Part shown: in pieces, positions 35,460 to 44,517 of the stretch
How positions within the stretch are numbered: position 1 is the stretch's first letter
Layout of the letters: each line of letters begins with the position of its first letter
Source: Marinicella sp.
GTDB lineage: Bacteria > Pseudomonadota > Gammaproteobacteria > Xanthomonadales > Marinicellaceae
DNA length: 64,000 bases
Assembly (NCBI GenBank): GCA_965230295.1
Contig: OZ246001.1
Location: forward strand, 3,904,001-3,968,000
Reading direction: 5' to 3'
Translations under genes and position numbers: made by a program
The notes under the pieces: generated by a model
Databases searched by the model: none
The model's input: only the letters and a program-made list of their open reading frames with translations
Told to the model about the DNA's origin: nothing

Positions 35460-36335
35460 TTGAACGACACATCAACCGACATTATGCCAAAAATCAAAGC
35501 TTTTAAATACAGCAACAAATCAGCCAGACCCACTCAAGAACAAGCCAATGACTTTGTCATAACCAATAACCTCAGCTTAAAAAAGAATGCCAAACAAATC
35601 GGCAAGCTTCAGGAAGCACTTAAAGCCGATGGTAAACAAGCCGTATTGATCATTTTTCAAGCCTTAGATGCGGCAGGTAAAGACAGCACCATTCGCAATG
35701 TGTTCAATCGGGTCGACCCTGCTGGTTTCAATGTGGCTTCATTCAAAGCACCATCAAAACTGGAAGCGGCTCATGATTTTATGTGGCGATGCTACCAGCA
35801 ATTCCCGGCCAAAGGTCACTTAACAACCTTCAACCGCAGTTATTACGAAGAAACCCTGGTTGTCAAAGTTCACCCGGAATTTCTCAAAGGACAAGGCATT
35901 GATCAAAAACCCAACAAAGCTTTTTGGCAACAGCGATATGATTTCATCAACCAGACCGAAGCCCACTTGGCGGCCTCAGGAACCAAAGTCATTAAATTCT
36001 TCCTCGATGTCAGCCAACAAACACAGCACAAGCGCTTTATTCGACGCTACGCCACACCAGAGAAACAGTGGAAATTCAACACTGGAGATCTCAAAGAAAG
36101 CCTGCTGTGGGATCAGTACCAAAAAGCCTTCAACAGCATGTTGAAAATGACTTCTACCAAAGTGGCTCCCTGGTATGTAATACCCGCTGATGACAAACCA
36201 AACATGCGGATACTGGTCTCCGAAATCATTAAGCAGCACTTAAAAGAGATGAGCTGTCAATTCCCGACGCTGGAAGCCTTTGATGAAGATGAATTGAAGC
36301 TGATCGATGATTTGGTGAAAAACCACCGGCCGTAA
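35460..36335 (+). CDS. ppk2: Polyphosphate kinase 2 family protein (class III-like)
   Basis: FQALDAAGKDSTI Walker A, FNRSYYEE, APWYVIPADDK; start may be the ATG at 35484. Confidence 0.9.
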   Translation: MNDTSTDIMPKIKAFKYSNKSARPTQEQANDFVITNNLSLKKNAKQIGKLQEALKADGKQAVLIIFQALDAAGKDSTIRNVFNRVDPAGFNVASFKAPSKLEAAHDFMWRCYQQFPAKGHLTTFNRSYYEETLVVKVHPEFLKGQGIDQKPNKAFWQQRYDFINQTEAHLAASGTKVIKFFLDVSQQTQHKRFIRRYATPEKQWKFNTGDLKESLLWDQYQKAFNSMLKMTSTKVAPWYVIPADDKPNMRILVSEIIKQHLKEMSCQFPTLEAFDEDELKLIDDLVKNHRP

Positions 36336-36342
36336 ATTGGCT

Positions 36343-36663
36343 CTATGGATACATCTTCAATAACATCATCAATTTGACACTGCGTGCTGCAACAAAGGTC
36401 ATCAGGGCCACCAGAACAATCAACCAGATGTTGAAGTTCACCCAAACGGCCACATAAATCGCTGCAATGGATATGATAACGGGAAAAATCATTTCCCAAA
36501 GCAATGCCCAATACCAGGGGACAACCAAATCATATGCTTGCTCCTTTTTGCAGCGACCACACTTGATTTGTAGGAATAAAAATACAAATGGTAGTAAAGT
36601 TTTATAAACCATCCACTTTTTACCGATGGTGGGTTTCCCACATTCAGTACAGACACGGTTCAT
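36343..36663 (-). CDS. Small membrane protein with CxxC-x26-CxxC (zinc-ribbon-like) motif
   Basis: CTEC...CGRC followed by two TM segments; TGATG overlap with ycgL. Confidence 0.7.
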   Translation of the reverse strand: MNRVCTECGKPTIGKKWMVYKTLLPFVFLFLQIKCGRCKKEQAYDLVVPWYWALLWEMIFPVIISIAAIYVAVWVNFNIWLIVLVALMTFVAARSVKLMMLLKMYP

Positions 36664-36932
36664 CAACGGCTGCCGTATTCAATCACCTTGGTGGCACCTT
36701 GCGGTGGCATTTGTAGGTAAAACCCTTGCGATTGAAGGTTGGCTTTAACGGTGTCAATGTTTTCTGAAGCCAATCGATTGCGTTGGTTGAGGTCTAGTTG
36801 CATCACTTGTTCACACTTACCCAACAGCTGTTGTAACTCTACTGGTAAGTCTTCCCATGCTTGCTTTTCAGCCAAATAGAGGTATGCTCCGGTCTTTTTA
36901 CCGGATCGCCAAACAGTACAATGCATGCTCAT
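36663..36932 (-). CDS. ycgL: YcgL domain protein
   Basis: MHCTVWRSGKKTGAYLYL...LQSQGFYLQMPP pattern. Confidence 0.88.
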   Translation of the reverse strand: MSMHCTVWRSGKKTGAYLYLAEKQAWEDLPVELQQLLGKCEQVMQLDLNQRNRLASENIDTVKANLQSQGFYLQMPPQGATKVIEYGSR

Positions 36933-37072
36933 TCATCATCCATCGGTTTTGGCTCGACTTGATCGGCTGATTTGTTCTTGGGCTGGTTACCAATCACTGT
37001 TTTTAATGGACAGACTTTCAGTATGGGGCACTTTTCACAACCTGCCACCAAGGCATACGGACATAAAGTCAT
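36929..37072 (-). CDS. 47-aa four-cysteine small protein (not in ORF track)
   Basis: Translated by hand: MTLCPYALVAGCEKCPILKVCPLKTVIGNQPKNKSADQVEPKPMDDE; AGGAG 7 nt upstream; ATGA overlap with ycgL. Confidence 0.8.
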   Translation of the reverse strand: MTLCPYALVAGCEKCPILKVCPLKTVIGNQPKNKSADQVEPKPMDDE

Positions 37073-37126
37073 CAGCAGCTCCTGTTATCACTTCAGAACC
37101 GCAGATTTTAGCATGAATGATGAGGC

Positions 37127-37441
37127 TTATCTCACACCCGTGATGCGACAAGATTGCAATTCAGGATGGGTGTCCAAAATGGTGAAGTCACCATTACCCA
37201 TATCCGCCTTTAACTGTCGAACACCACTGGTCAAAAAATAAGTCACCTCAATGTTTCCTTCAGTCTTTAAATAGGAGCTCCACCGATCACCTGGTTGACG
37301 ACATACCACTTCACACCCTTCTTTGGCATCACAAACAATGGTTTCGTGGTGTACCAAGGAATTCATCACACTGCCATCATCGTCATGTGCAAAGACCATA
37401 CTTGAGAAAAATAAGCCAGTTGTCAAAATTAAAGTTTTCAT
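37127..37441 (-). CDS. Hypothetical secreted protein (4 Cys)
   Basis: Signal peptide MKTLILTTGLFFSSMVFA; GAAGG upstream. Confidence 0.75.
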   Translation of the reverse strand: MKTLILTTGLFFSSMVFAHDDDGSVMNSLVHHETIVCDAKEGCEVVCRQPGDRWSSYLKTEGNIEVTYFLTSGVRQLKADMGNGDFTILDTHPELQSCRITGVR

Positions 37442-37552
37442 AACACACCTTCATTTCAAATAAATAATGTGTTCATTGTAGTGTCAGGCCATGAACCCGC
37501 CATTAATGTTCTCTGAAGAAAAATGTGAACCAGTTCCATTGGTTTTGTTGCA

Positions 37553-38917
37553 TCAATCAACATCAATGATAATTCGATCAGCTGTTTCTTTAATGACAGC
37601 AAAACTTTGTTCAACCGCTACAGAATCAGTTTGCCAATTACTGACACTGATCCGCATCGCCAAGCGATCTTTCCAAATGGTTTGCCCAACCCAACAAGTC
37701 CCTTCTTTTTGTACAGCATCCAAAATGGCCAGATTTCTGGCTTCTGAACCAAAACACACCACCACTTGATTCAACACGACATCATTCATCACTTCGAATC
37801 CTGCATCCGAGAACAAACGCCCAAATTGCCTGGCACAGGCACAACACCGCTCAACCAACTCCGTCACCCCGGATTTTCCTAAATGACGTAAGACCGCATA
37901 GACATCAATACCTCGAGCCCTGCGTGATAACTCAGGCGTGTAGTCAGAAGGGTTTCTACCCGCATTCTCGGTGGGCAAGTAGGAAGCCGTGATGGCCATT
38001 GCAGCTTTCAAAGCATGCTCATTTCTGACAAATGCCAACCCAGAATCATAGGGCACATTCAACCATTTGTGGGCATCCGTGGCCCAAGAATCTGCCATCT
38101 CAACACCCAGTCCCAAGTGCTTTAACTGATCTGTAGCCATGGCCCAAAGGCCAAAGGCTCCATCCACGTGAACCCAGGCATTTTTTTTGTGTGCCAACTG
38201 ACAAATTTCACCGATGGGATCAAATGACCCCGAATTGATGTTACCTGCTTGGGTGATGATGATGCAGTTGTCCTTTATTTCAGGAAATTCTGACACCTTC
38301 ATTCGCCCCTGCTCATCTGTCGGTACTTTGATGACCCGATTTCTACCCAACCCCAACATGGCCAGTGATTTGTATACAGTGGGGTGTGATTCTTCACTGA
38401 TGATGATATGTAATTCAGGCGCTCCAATTAAGCCATCGGCTTCGACATCCCAACCAGCCTTTTTGAACACTTGGTTTCGAGCCGCAGCCAATGCAGTAAA
38501 ATTTGCCACGGTCGCACCAGTGACAAAGGCTGTGGCTGACTCAAGCGGTAAGCCAAGCATATCCAGCATCCATCTGGCAGAAACTTTTTCCAGCATGGCC
38601 ACTGCCGGAGTGGTTTTTTCTAAACCGGTGTTTTGATCCCAGGCGGTACCAAGCCAATTAGAAGCCACACTGACCGGATAACTACCACCAATAACAAAAC
38701 CGAAAAAACGAGGCGAACCCATTTTCATGGTTGCTGGAGAAACCCATTGGTTCAATTCATCAATCACCTGTTCTGCCGCAACCACTTCTTCTTGTAACTC
38801 AAAGTCAAGGTGTTTGAGGTTTTCACGGTCTTGGTCGGATACTTGTATGGGAAGGTCATTGGCTGATGCCAAAAATGCTTTGGCATAGCTGTGGGCTTGG
38901 TCATAAAGTTTGGTCAT
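37553..38917 (-). CDS. PLP-dependent group II amino acid decarboxylase
   Basis: HVDGAFG, DSWATDAHKWLNVPY (PLP lysine), PELSRRARG; probable start MTKLY at 38917. Confidence 0.9.
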   Translation of the reverse strand: MTKLYDQAHSYAKAFLASANDLPIQVSDQDRENLKHLDFELQEEVVAAEQVIDELNQWVSPATMKMGSPRFFGFVIGGSYPVSVASNWLGTAWDQNTGLEKTTPAVAMLEKVSARWMLDMLGLPLESATAFVTGATVANFTALAAARNQVFKKAGWDVEADGLIGAPELHIIISEESHPTVYKSLAMLGLGRNRVIKVPTDEQGRMKVSEFPEIKDNCIIITQAGNINSGSFDPIGEICQLAHKKNAWVHVDGAFGLWAMATDQLKHLGLGVEMADSWATDAHKWLNVPYDSGLAFVRNEHALKAAMAITASYLPTENAGRNPSDYTPELSRRARGIDVYAVLRHLGKSGVTELVERCCACARQFGRLFSDAGFEVMNDVVLNQVVVCFGSEARNLAILDAVQKEGTCWVGQTIWKDRLAMRISVSNWQTDSVAVEQSFAVIKETADRIIIDVD

Positions 38918-39017
38918 CAGGGTCACCAACAAAGCAAAAAGCCAGTCTATCAAAAATACACTTTAATACCAGCATATTTCGGCACACAAGCCGGACCAAT
39001 TTCATGTCCGGTTTCAG

Positions 39018-39773
39018 TCATGTATATATCTTCAAATTCTGATAACGTCTCATGTCAGCAAACAATTTCATCTCCCAGGGTCGCATACCGACCAATAAAG
39101 TGGTGCCGTGACGCTGCTCCATTTTTAAATGCTGATCCTGTTCTGATAACAAGGTAAATTGCTGCCTCAAGCGATTGATGTTTTTTTGCATGGCTTCGTT
39201 GGACTCTTTACTCAACATCCCATTGGCTAACAAACGTATTTCACCGGGTCCGACGAACTGACTTTGCCAAAAATCACTTTGGATGTTTTGCTCAAAGAAC
39301 TTTTGTACCGGTCCATTTTCGATCCAATGGAAATTGGGTGATATTTTCAGCTTGATGACATTGTTCGGCTTTAATTCCAACAAATCTGTTTGTTCTAACT
39401 GCAACAGCATCTTCACCAACTCAGCTTCATCAATGTGGTAGGTTTGGTGTATTTCATCAAAAGACCAGTGGTTGCATGCACAGACCGTCACCAACAAGTA
39501 TTTGACATCTGACACCATGAGCTGTTCTTGTTCTTCTGTCAATTGAACCAAGTCATTGGTTTGATTTTGAATGACTTGTAACAGGTCAACCAACTCCATA
39601 TCCATCAACTCACACACCTTGATCAAACGGCCCAAGCTGATCTGGCCCTGAGAAAATGAACGTTTCACACTGGACTCAGACAATTCTAAATGCTTGGCCA
39701 CCTGTGCATAATTGATTTTATGTTGTTTCAATAAGCCTTTAACAGCTTGCAATATGATTTCAGTTTGCGACAT
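39018..39773 (-). CDS. XRE-family HTH transcriptional regulator with C-terminal domain
   Basis: N-terminal HTH NYAQVAKHLELSESSVKRSF; divergent from the rhombotarget gene. Confidence 0.85.
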   Translation of the reverse strand: MSQTEIILQAVKGLLKQHKINYAQVAKHLELSESSVKRSFSQGQISLGRLIKVCELMDMELVDLLQVIQNQTNDLVQLTEEQEQLMVSDVKYLLVTVCACNHWSFDEIHQTYHIDEAELVKMLLQLEQTDLLELKPNNVIKLKISPNFHWIENGPVQKFFEQNIQSDFWQSQFVGPGEIRLLANGMLSKESNEAMQKNINRLRQQFTLLSEQDQHLKMEQRHGTTLLVGMRPWEMKLFADMRRYQNLKIYT

Positions 39774-39779
39774 AAGAAA

Positions 39780-39847
39780 GTTTCGATATGTTATACCTTG
39801 GTCCTGATTATAGACCCTTTCTCTAGATTTGTTGTAAAAAACGAGAC
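39780..39847. promoter_or_regulatory. Pair of imperfect palindromic operator-like sites
   Basis: GTTTCG-ATATG-TTATAC (39780-39796) and GTTGTA-AAAAA-CGAGAC (39831-39847), each followed by CTTG. Confidence 0.35.
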
Positions 39848-39886
39848 CTTGTTTATATTGAAGCCAATTTTAACCAGGACCCAATT

Positions 39887-40720
39887 ATGCCGAAATTTAC
39901 CCTTATTGTGTTGACTTGTATCCTGTCATCCTGCTCTATGCTTGGACATGAGAAAGTCAGGCACAGCAAAACAACCAGTTTAGTGAGCTTCCTCTACCCA
40001 AGTGGTAAAATCCCAGATGACCTCAAATCTCCTGTTTTACATTTACCTTTGCGTGTGGGATTGGCCTATGTGCCAGAAAGTGGTGGTCATGGCAACATTG
40101 ACCCAAGGTTGAAATTAGAACTACTGAACACAATCAAACTGCAATTTGAGAACCGCAGATATGTACAAGACATCCAGATCATTCCACAACTGTACATGAG
40201 CCAAAGCAACCATGCTGACCAGTTAAAACAAATCAGACAACTTTATCAATTGGATGTGATTGCGCTGGTATCCTACGATCAAATTGTTAACCGCAAAGAA
40301 AATCTGTTGGCCATTACTTATTTAACCATTGTAGGTAATTACATTTTCCCGGGATCTCACTTCAATGTCAGTACATTGATTGATATGGCATTGATAGACC
40401 TGGACTCGAAGCGCCTTTTGTTCCGTGCAGCAGGTACCCATGGTTCCAAAGGAGCCTCAGCAGAAGCCTATACCAGACACCAGTATGACAAACACCAAAA
40501 CAGGGATTTCGCTCATGCCATGGACATGTTAAAAACCAATTTAGCCAATGAATTACAAGCCTTTGAAAACAGACTGCGGGCCAAGGACCCCAGCGATGAC
40601 ATCAAAGTAATGGCAAAACCAGGTTACCAAATGATTGCTGGCTGGCAGTTACTTTTATTGTTGTTGACAGTCATGATGATAAAAATGCGGTATACCATGG
40701 GACAAAAGTCCGAGCTCTGA
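39887..40720 (+). CDS. Rhombotarget lipoprotein-like protein
   Basis: Lipobox LSSC; SLVSFLYP, LPLRVGLAYVP, DVIALVSYDQ, YLTIVGNY, LLFRAAG; C-terminal TM plus basic residues; adjacent rhomboid gene. Confidence 0.85.
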   Translation: MPKFTLIVLTCILSSCSMLGHEKVRHSKTTSLVSFLYPSGKIPDDLKSPVLHLPLRVGLAYVPESGGHGNIDPRLKLELLNTIKLQFENRRYVQDIQIIPQLYMSQSNHADQLKQIRQLYQLDVIALVSYDQIVNRKENLLAITYLTIVGNYIFPGSHFNVSTLIDMALIDLDSKRLLFRAAGTHGSKGASAEAYTRHQYDKHQNRDFAHAMDMLKTNLANELQAFENRLRAKDPSDDIKVMAKPGYQMIAGWQLLLLLLTVMMIKMRYTMGQKSEL

Positions 40721-41280
40721 TGAGATACCTATTGAACAATCATTACTTTTTCCTGTGGATGTGTGTGGTGAATACAGCTGTGGCTGTGGAATTTGGTTAT
40801 TTATCTCCTTTAACAGGATATGTTCAAGGTGACCACTCCCCAATTCATACGCTACTGACCACACACTTCACTCATCAAAACACCCGACATTTGCTCTCTA
40901 ATTTGGTTGGATTGTGGATGCTGCTGTATTTGTTTCCGAACAAAATTAAGGCCATACTGACTTCATTTTTTTTGTGTGTATTGATGACTGCCTGGTATGT
41001 TCAGTATTCTGAAATCTATGCTTTTGTGGGTTTTTCTGCACTGCTGTATTGTTTACCAGGGATTTATTTATTCCACAGCCTGGTTAATAAAAAATTCCAC
41101 ATCAGCTTGTTCATATTAATGATTCTTTACGCTTATTTGTATATGATAGTACCCATGAATTCACTGGAAAACAGTCAATGGCGCCCGATGACAGCTGCTC
41201 ACCTGATTGGCTTCGTTTCAGGGTTTTTGACAGGCTTTCTTGACTATGTACCCAATGACAAAACAGCCACATTAAACTGA
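40720..41280 (+). CDS. Rhomboid-family intramembrane serine protease (rhombosortase-like)
   Basis: HFTH...HLLSN, GFSA (catalytic Ser), AHLIG (catalytic His); multi-TM; TGATG overlap with the target gene. Confidence 0.8.
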   Translation: MRYLLNNHYFFLWMCVVNTAVAVEFGYLSPLTGYVQGDHSPIHTLLTTHFTHQNTRHLLSNLVGLWMLLYLFPNKIKAILTSFFLCVLMTAWYVQYSEIYAFVGFSALLYCLPGIYLFHSLVNKKFHISLFILMILYAYLYMIVPMNSLENSQWRPMTAAHLIGFVSGFLTGFLDYVPNDKTATLN

Positions 41281-41287
41281 AGTTTGA

Positions 41288-41929
41288 ATGAATAAAGCAA
41301 CATTTTTCATATTCATCATCACATCCCTGACTTTTTTCAATTCGACCAGCCAAGCTGCAAAAACTTTTTGTGGCAACAACCCCAAGGCCAAAGAGCTGGC
41401 TCAATTAATCCAATCACATAAGCGACAAAAAAGAGCCACTTTGACATGTAATGATAAACTGAATGAAATTGCACTCATTAAGGTTAAACACATCATCGAA
41501 AACCAAGACATTTGGCACAATGCAGGACGCATGGCTCCCAATCAACTGCTCCGCCATCATGGATTTAAACTGCCTAATACTTATCCATTATTCGGCAATC
41601 AAGTTGAGGCACTTGCAGGTGGCGAAGCTTCAGCTGAATTGGTGTTCAGTGACCTTTTAAACAGTGAACCACACAGAAAATTATTACTGGGCGATGATTT
41701 ATTCTTTTCTCAACAAGACCAGATAGGAGTCGCTTATATCGAAGCACTTGACACCGATCACCGACACTTCTGGGTGGTTATCATTGCTGACGAAAAAAAC
41801 ACACAAATCAAACAGGATCCTGTTATCAATGTGGAACCTCTTGTGATAGCACCTAAAAAAAGGAATCGTGGCAGAGAAATTAAAGAACGCATGTATCGCA
41901 ACAAAGCGAAAAAAATCAAAAGGTTTTAG
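41288..41929 (+). CDS. Secreted CAP/SCP-domain protein
   Basis: Signal peptide; LTCNDKLNEIA, WHN, NQVEALAGG, LLNSEPHRKLLL, QIGVAY, FWVVII. Confidence 0.8.
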   Translation: MNKATFFIFIITSLTFFNSTSQAAKTFCGNNPKAKELAQLIQSHKRQKRATLTCNDKLNEIALIKVKHIIENQDIWHNAGRMAPNQLLRHHGFKLPNTYPLFGNQVEALAGGEASAELVFSDLLNSEPHRKLLLGDDLFFSQQDQIGVAYIEALDTDHRHFWVVIIADEKNTQIKQDPVINVEPLVIAPKKRNRGREIKERMYRNKAKKIKRF

Positions 41930-41933
41930 TTGA

Positions 41934-42398
41934 TTAAACCAACCCTTCAAAACCAAGATCAGACAATGCTTGGTATAAGACAATAGCAGCTGTGTTGGAT
42001 AAGTTCAAACTGCGACTATCGGCTCTCATCGGGATGCGGATATTATGGATAGAATCATGCATAAGCACCTCATCTGGTAAGCCCCTGGTCTCTGGTCCAA
42101 ACAGCAAACAATCATTCACCTGAAAGTCTACTTGATGATGATAGGCCTTGGCTTTGGTTGTGAGGGCAAAGATTCGGTTGAATGCTTGCCCTGACATAAA
42201 CGCAGCAAAATTTTCATGTTGTTTTACTTTTGCCCATTCATGGTAATCAAGCCCGGCTCTGCGCAATGCTTTCACCTCCATATCAAAACCCAATGGGTGA
42301 ATCAAGTGTAATTGGGCTCCGGTATTGGCACACAAACGAATGATGTTACCGGTATTGGGTGGAATTTCTGGTTCATATAAAGCAATGTGCAACATCAT
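41934..42398 (-). CDS. trmL: tRNA (cytidine/uridine(34)-2'-O)-methyltransferase
   Basis: PEIPPNTGNIIRLCAN, RRAGLDYH, FGPETRGLP, RSLNLSN. Confidence 0.96.
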   Translation of the reverse strand: MMLHIALYEPEIPPNTGNIIRLCANTGAQLHLIHPLGFDMEVKALRRAGLDYHEWAKVKQHENFAAFMSGQAFNRIFALTTKAKAYHHQVDFQVNDCLLFGPETRGLPDEVLMHDSIHNIRIPMRADSRSLNLSNTAAIVLYQALSDLGFEGLV

Positions 42399-42540
42399 TA
42401 TTTACTGAAAAAAAATGTCATTTTAGCCAATTGTGAATTCGACAACAATCCGTTTTAAGAATTGGAAAATATATCTTGATCTCAAGAAAAAATGCTTATC
42501 ACAGTTGGCAGGACTTTGTTAGAATAACACCAAGAGAGGA

Positions 42541-44502
42541 ATGATAATGCAAACATTGAAAAACAGCACTTTATTGATACTCTTGGCCCTGATCAACATA
42601 TCTATTGTAACCACTTCTCAAGCAGCCGTTGCCAGAGGGTGGAATGAAGTATTGTTAGATGCCATTCGTTCAGATTTGGCCAGGCCAACAGTACATGCCC
42701 GAAACTTATACCACATTTCAGCTGCCATGTATGATGCCTGGTGTGTTTACGACTCACAATGCGATGGCGTATTCTACTTGAATAAGCATCCGTCCAGTGA
42801 TCTCAGCAACGATCGTCATGAAGCCATCAGCTATGCAGCTTACCGATTACTGATTTGGCGTTTCACGTCATCTGTGGGCGCTGCTGTAACCATTCCTGCC
42901 ATCAATAATCACATGGCTGGTTTAGGTTACGACGCCAACATCACATCAACCACCGGTGACTCCGCAGCAGCCATAGGCAATCGAATTGCTCAAACGATCA
43001 TTGATGTTGGTCTGAGTGATGGTGCCAATGAAAGTAATGATTACGGTAATCAATATTATCAGCCAGTCAATGATCCACTGTTACCTGATCTACCTGGTAA
43101 CCCGGACATCACAGACCCAAACAGGTGGCAGCCATTGGCATTGGATTTTTTTATTGGGCAATCTGGTATTATATTGGGTGAATACCCGGATTTCCTGAGT
43201 CCTGAATGGGGTCATGTCACACCTTTTTCATTACTCAGAAGTCAACGCAGAATATATCAACGGGATCAACAGATTTATCCTATTTACAACGACCCCGGTC
43301 CACCACCTTTTCTGGGTGGCAGCACAACTGTTGACTACAAATCAGGCTTTGAACAAGTCTTGGAATTCAGCAGCCTGTTAGACCCGTCAGATGGCATCAT
43401 GATCGACATCAGCCCCGCCTCTCGTGGTAACAATGACCTGGGAACCAATAACGGTAATGGCAGGCCTCAAAACCCAATAACTGGCCAGCCTTATACCCCG
43501 CAGATTGTTCCTGCCGGAGATTATTACCGTGTTTTGGCTGAGTTTTGGGCCGATGGACCAGATTCTGAAACACCACCTGGCCATTGGTTTACCATTTTAA
43601 ATACCGTCACTGATCATCCATTATTCGAACAAAGATTCCAAGGCCAAGGACCTGAATTAAGTGATTTGGAGTGGGAAGTCAAAAGTTATTTAACCTTGGG
43701 TGGTACCATGCACGATGCTGCCATCACCGCCTGGAGCATCAAGGGTTGGTATGACTACATCAGACCGGTATCAGCAATCCGTTACATGTGCTCTCAGGGC
43801 CAAAGTTCAGACCCCAATGCAGCCAGTTTTCATACCGAAGGCATCAACTTACAACCTGGCGTGATTGAGTTGATTACCACCCAAACCATTCAACCAGGTG
43901 GCATTCATGAACATTTGGCAGGATTAGGTAATGAGAACCTGGGCAAGATTGCTGTCAATGCTTGGCAAGGGCCTGACTACATCATTGACCCAGAAACCAC
44001 GACTGCTGGTGTGGGTTGGATATTGTGTGACAATTGGTGGCCATACCAAAGACCATCATTTGTTTCTCCACCATTTGCAGGATATGTATCAGGACACAGT
44101 GTTTTTTCACGAGCAGCAGCTGAAATAATGACTTTGATGACGGGAACTGAGTTTTTCCCAGGTGGTATGAGTGGATTTGTTGCCCAACAAAATGATTTCC
44201 TGGTTTTTGAAGACGGCCCCAGCGTAGACATCATCTTACAATGGGCCACCTATCAAGACGCCGCAGATGAAACCAGTATCTCAAGAATATATGGCGGTAT
44301 ACACCCGACTGCAGATGACATTCCTGGACGATTTTTAGGTTATGACATTGGCCACCAAGCTTTTGCGCATGCTTTGACATTTTTCAATGGCAATTCTCGT
44401 GGGCAAGCACAACCTGTACCGATCAATGGCAAGCTGGTCATGCTGTTGATCACATTGGTCATGTTGGTCTCATCCAGATATTATTTTAAGTTACGTCAAT
44501 AA
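42541..44502 (+). CDS. Secreted vanadium-dependent haloperoxidase/PAP2-superfamily protein with C-terminal sorting tail
   Basis: Signal peptide; KGWYDYIRP, PPFAGYVSGHS and SRIYGGIH vanadate-binding motifs; PVP-TM-basic tail. Confidence 0.85.
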   Translation: MIMQTLKNSTLLILLALINISIVTTSQAAVARGWNEVLLDAIRSDLARPTVHARNLYHISAAMYDAWCVYDSQCDGVFYLNKHPSSDLSNDRHEAISYAAYRLLIWRFTSSVGAAVTIPAINNHMAGLGYDANITSTTGDSAAAIGNRIAQTIIDVGLSDGANESNDYGNQYYQPVNDPLLPDLPGNPDITDPNRWQPLALDFFIGQSGIILGEYPDFLSPEWGHVTPFSLLRSQRRIYQRDQQIYPIYNDPGPPPFLGGSTTVDYKSGFEQVLEFSSLLDPSDGIMIDISPASRGNNDLGTNNGNGRPQNPITGQPYTPQIVPAGDYYRVLAEFWADGPDSETPPGHWFTILNTVTDHPLFEQRFQGQGPELSDLEWEVKSYLTLGGTMHDAAITAWSIKGWYDYIRPVSAIRYMCSQGQSSDPNAASFHTEGINLQPGVIELITTQTIQPGGIHEHLAGLGNENLGKIAVNAWQGPDYIIDPETTTAGVGWILCDNWWPYQRPSFVSPPFAGYVSGHSVFSRAAAEIMTLMTGTEFFPGGMSGFVAQQNDFLVFEDGPSVDIILQWATYQDAADETSISRIYGGIHPTADDIPGRFLGYDIGHQAFAHALTFFNGNSRGQAQPVPINGKLVMLLITLVMLVSSRYYFKLRQ

Positions 44503-44517
44503 CTGACAGATCAACCT

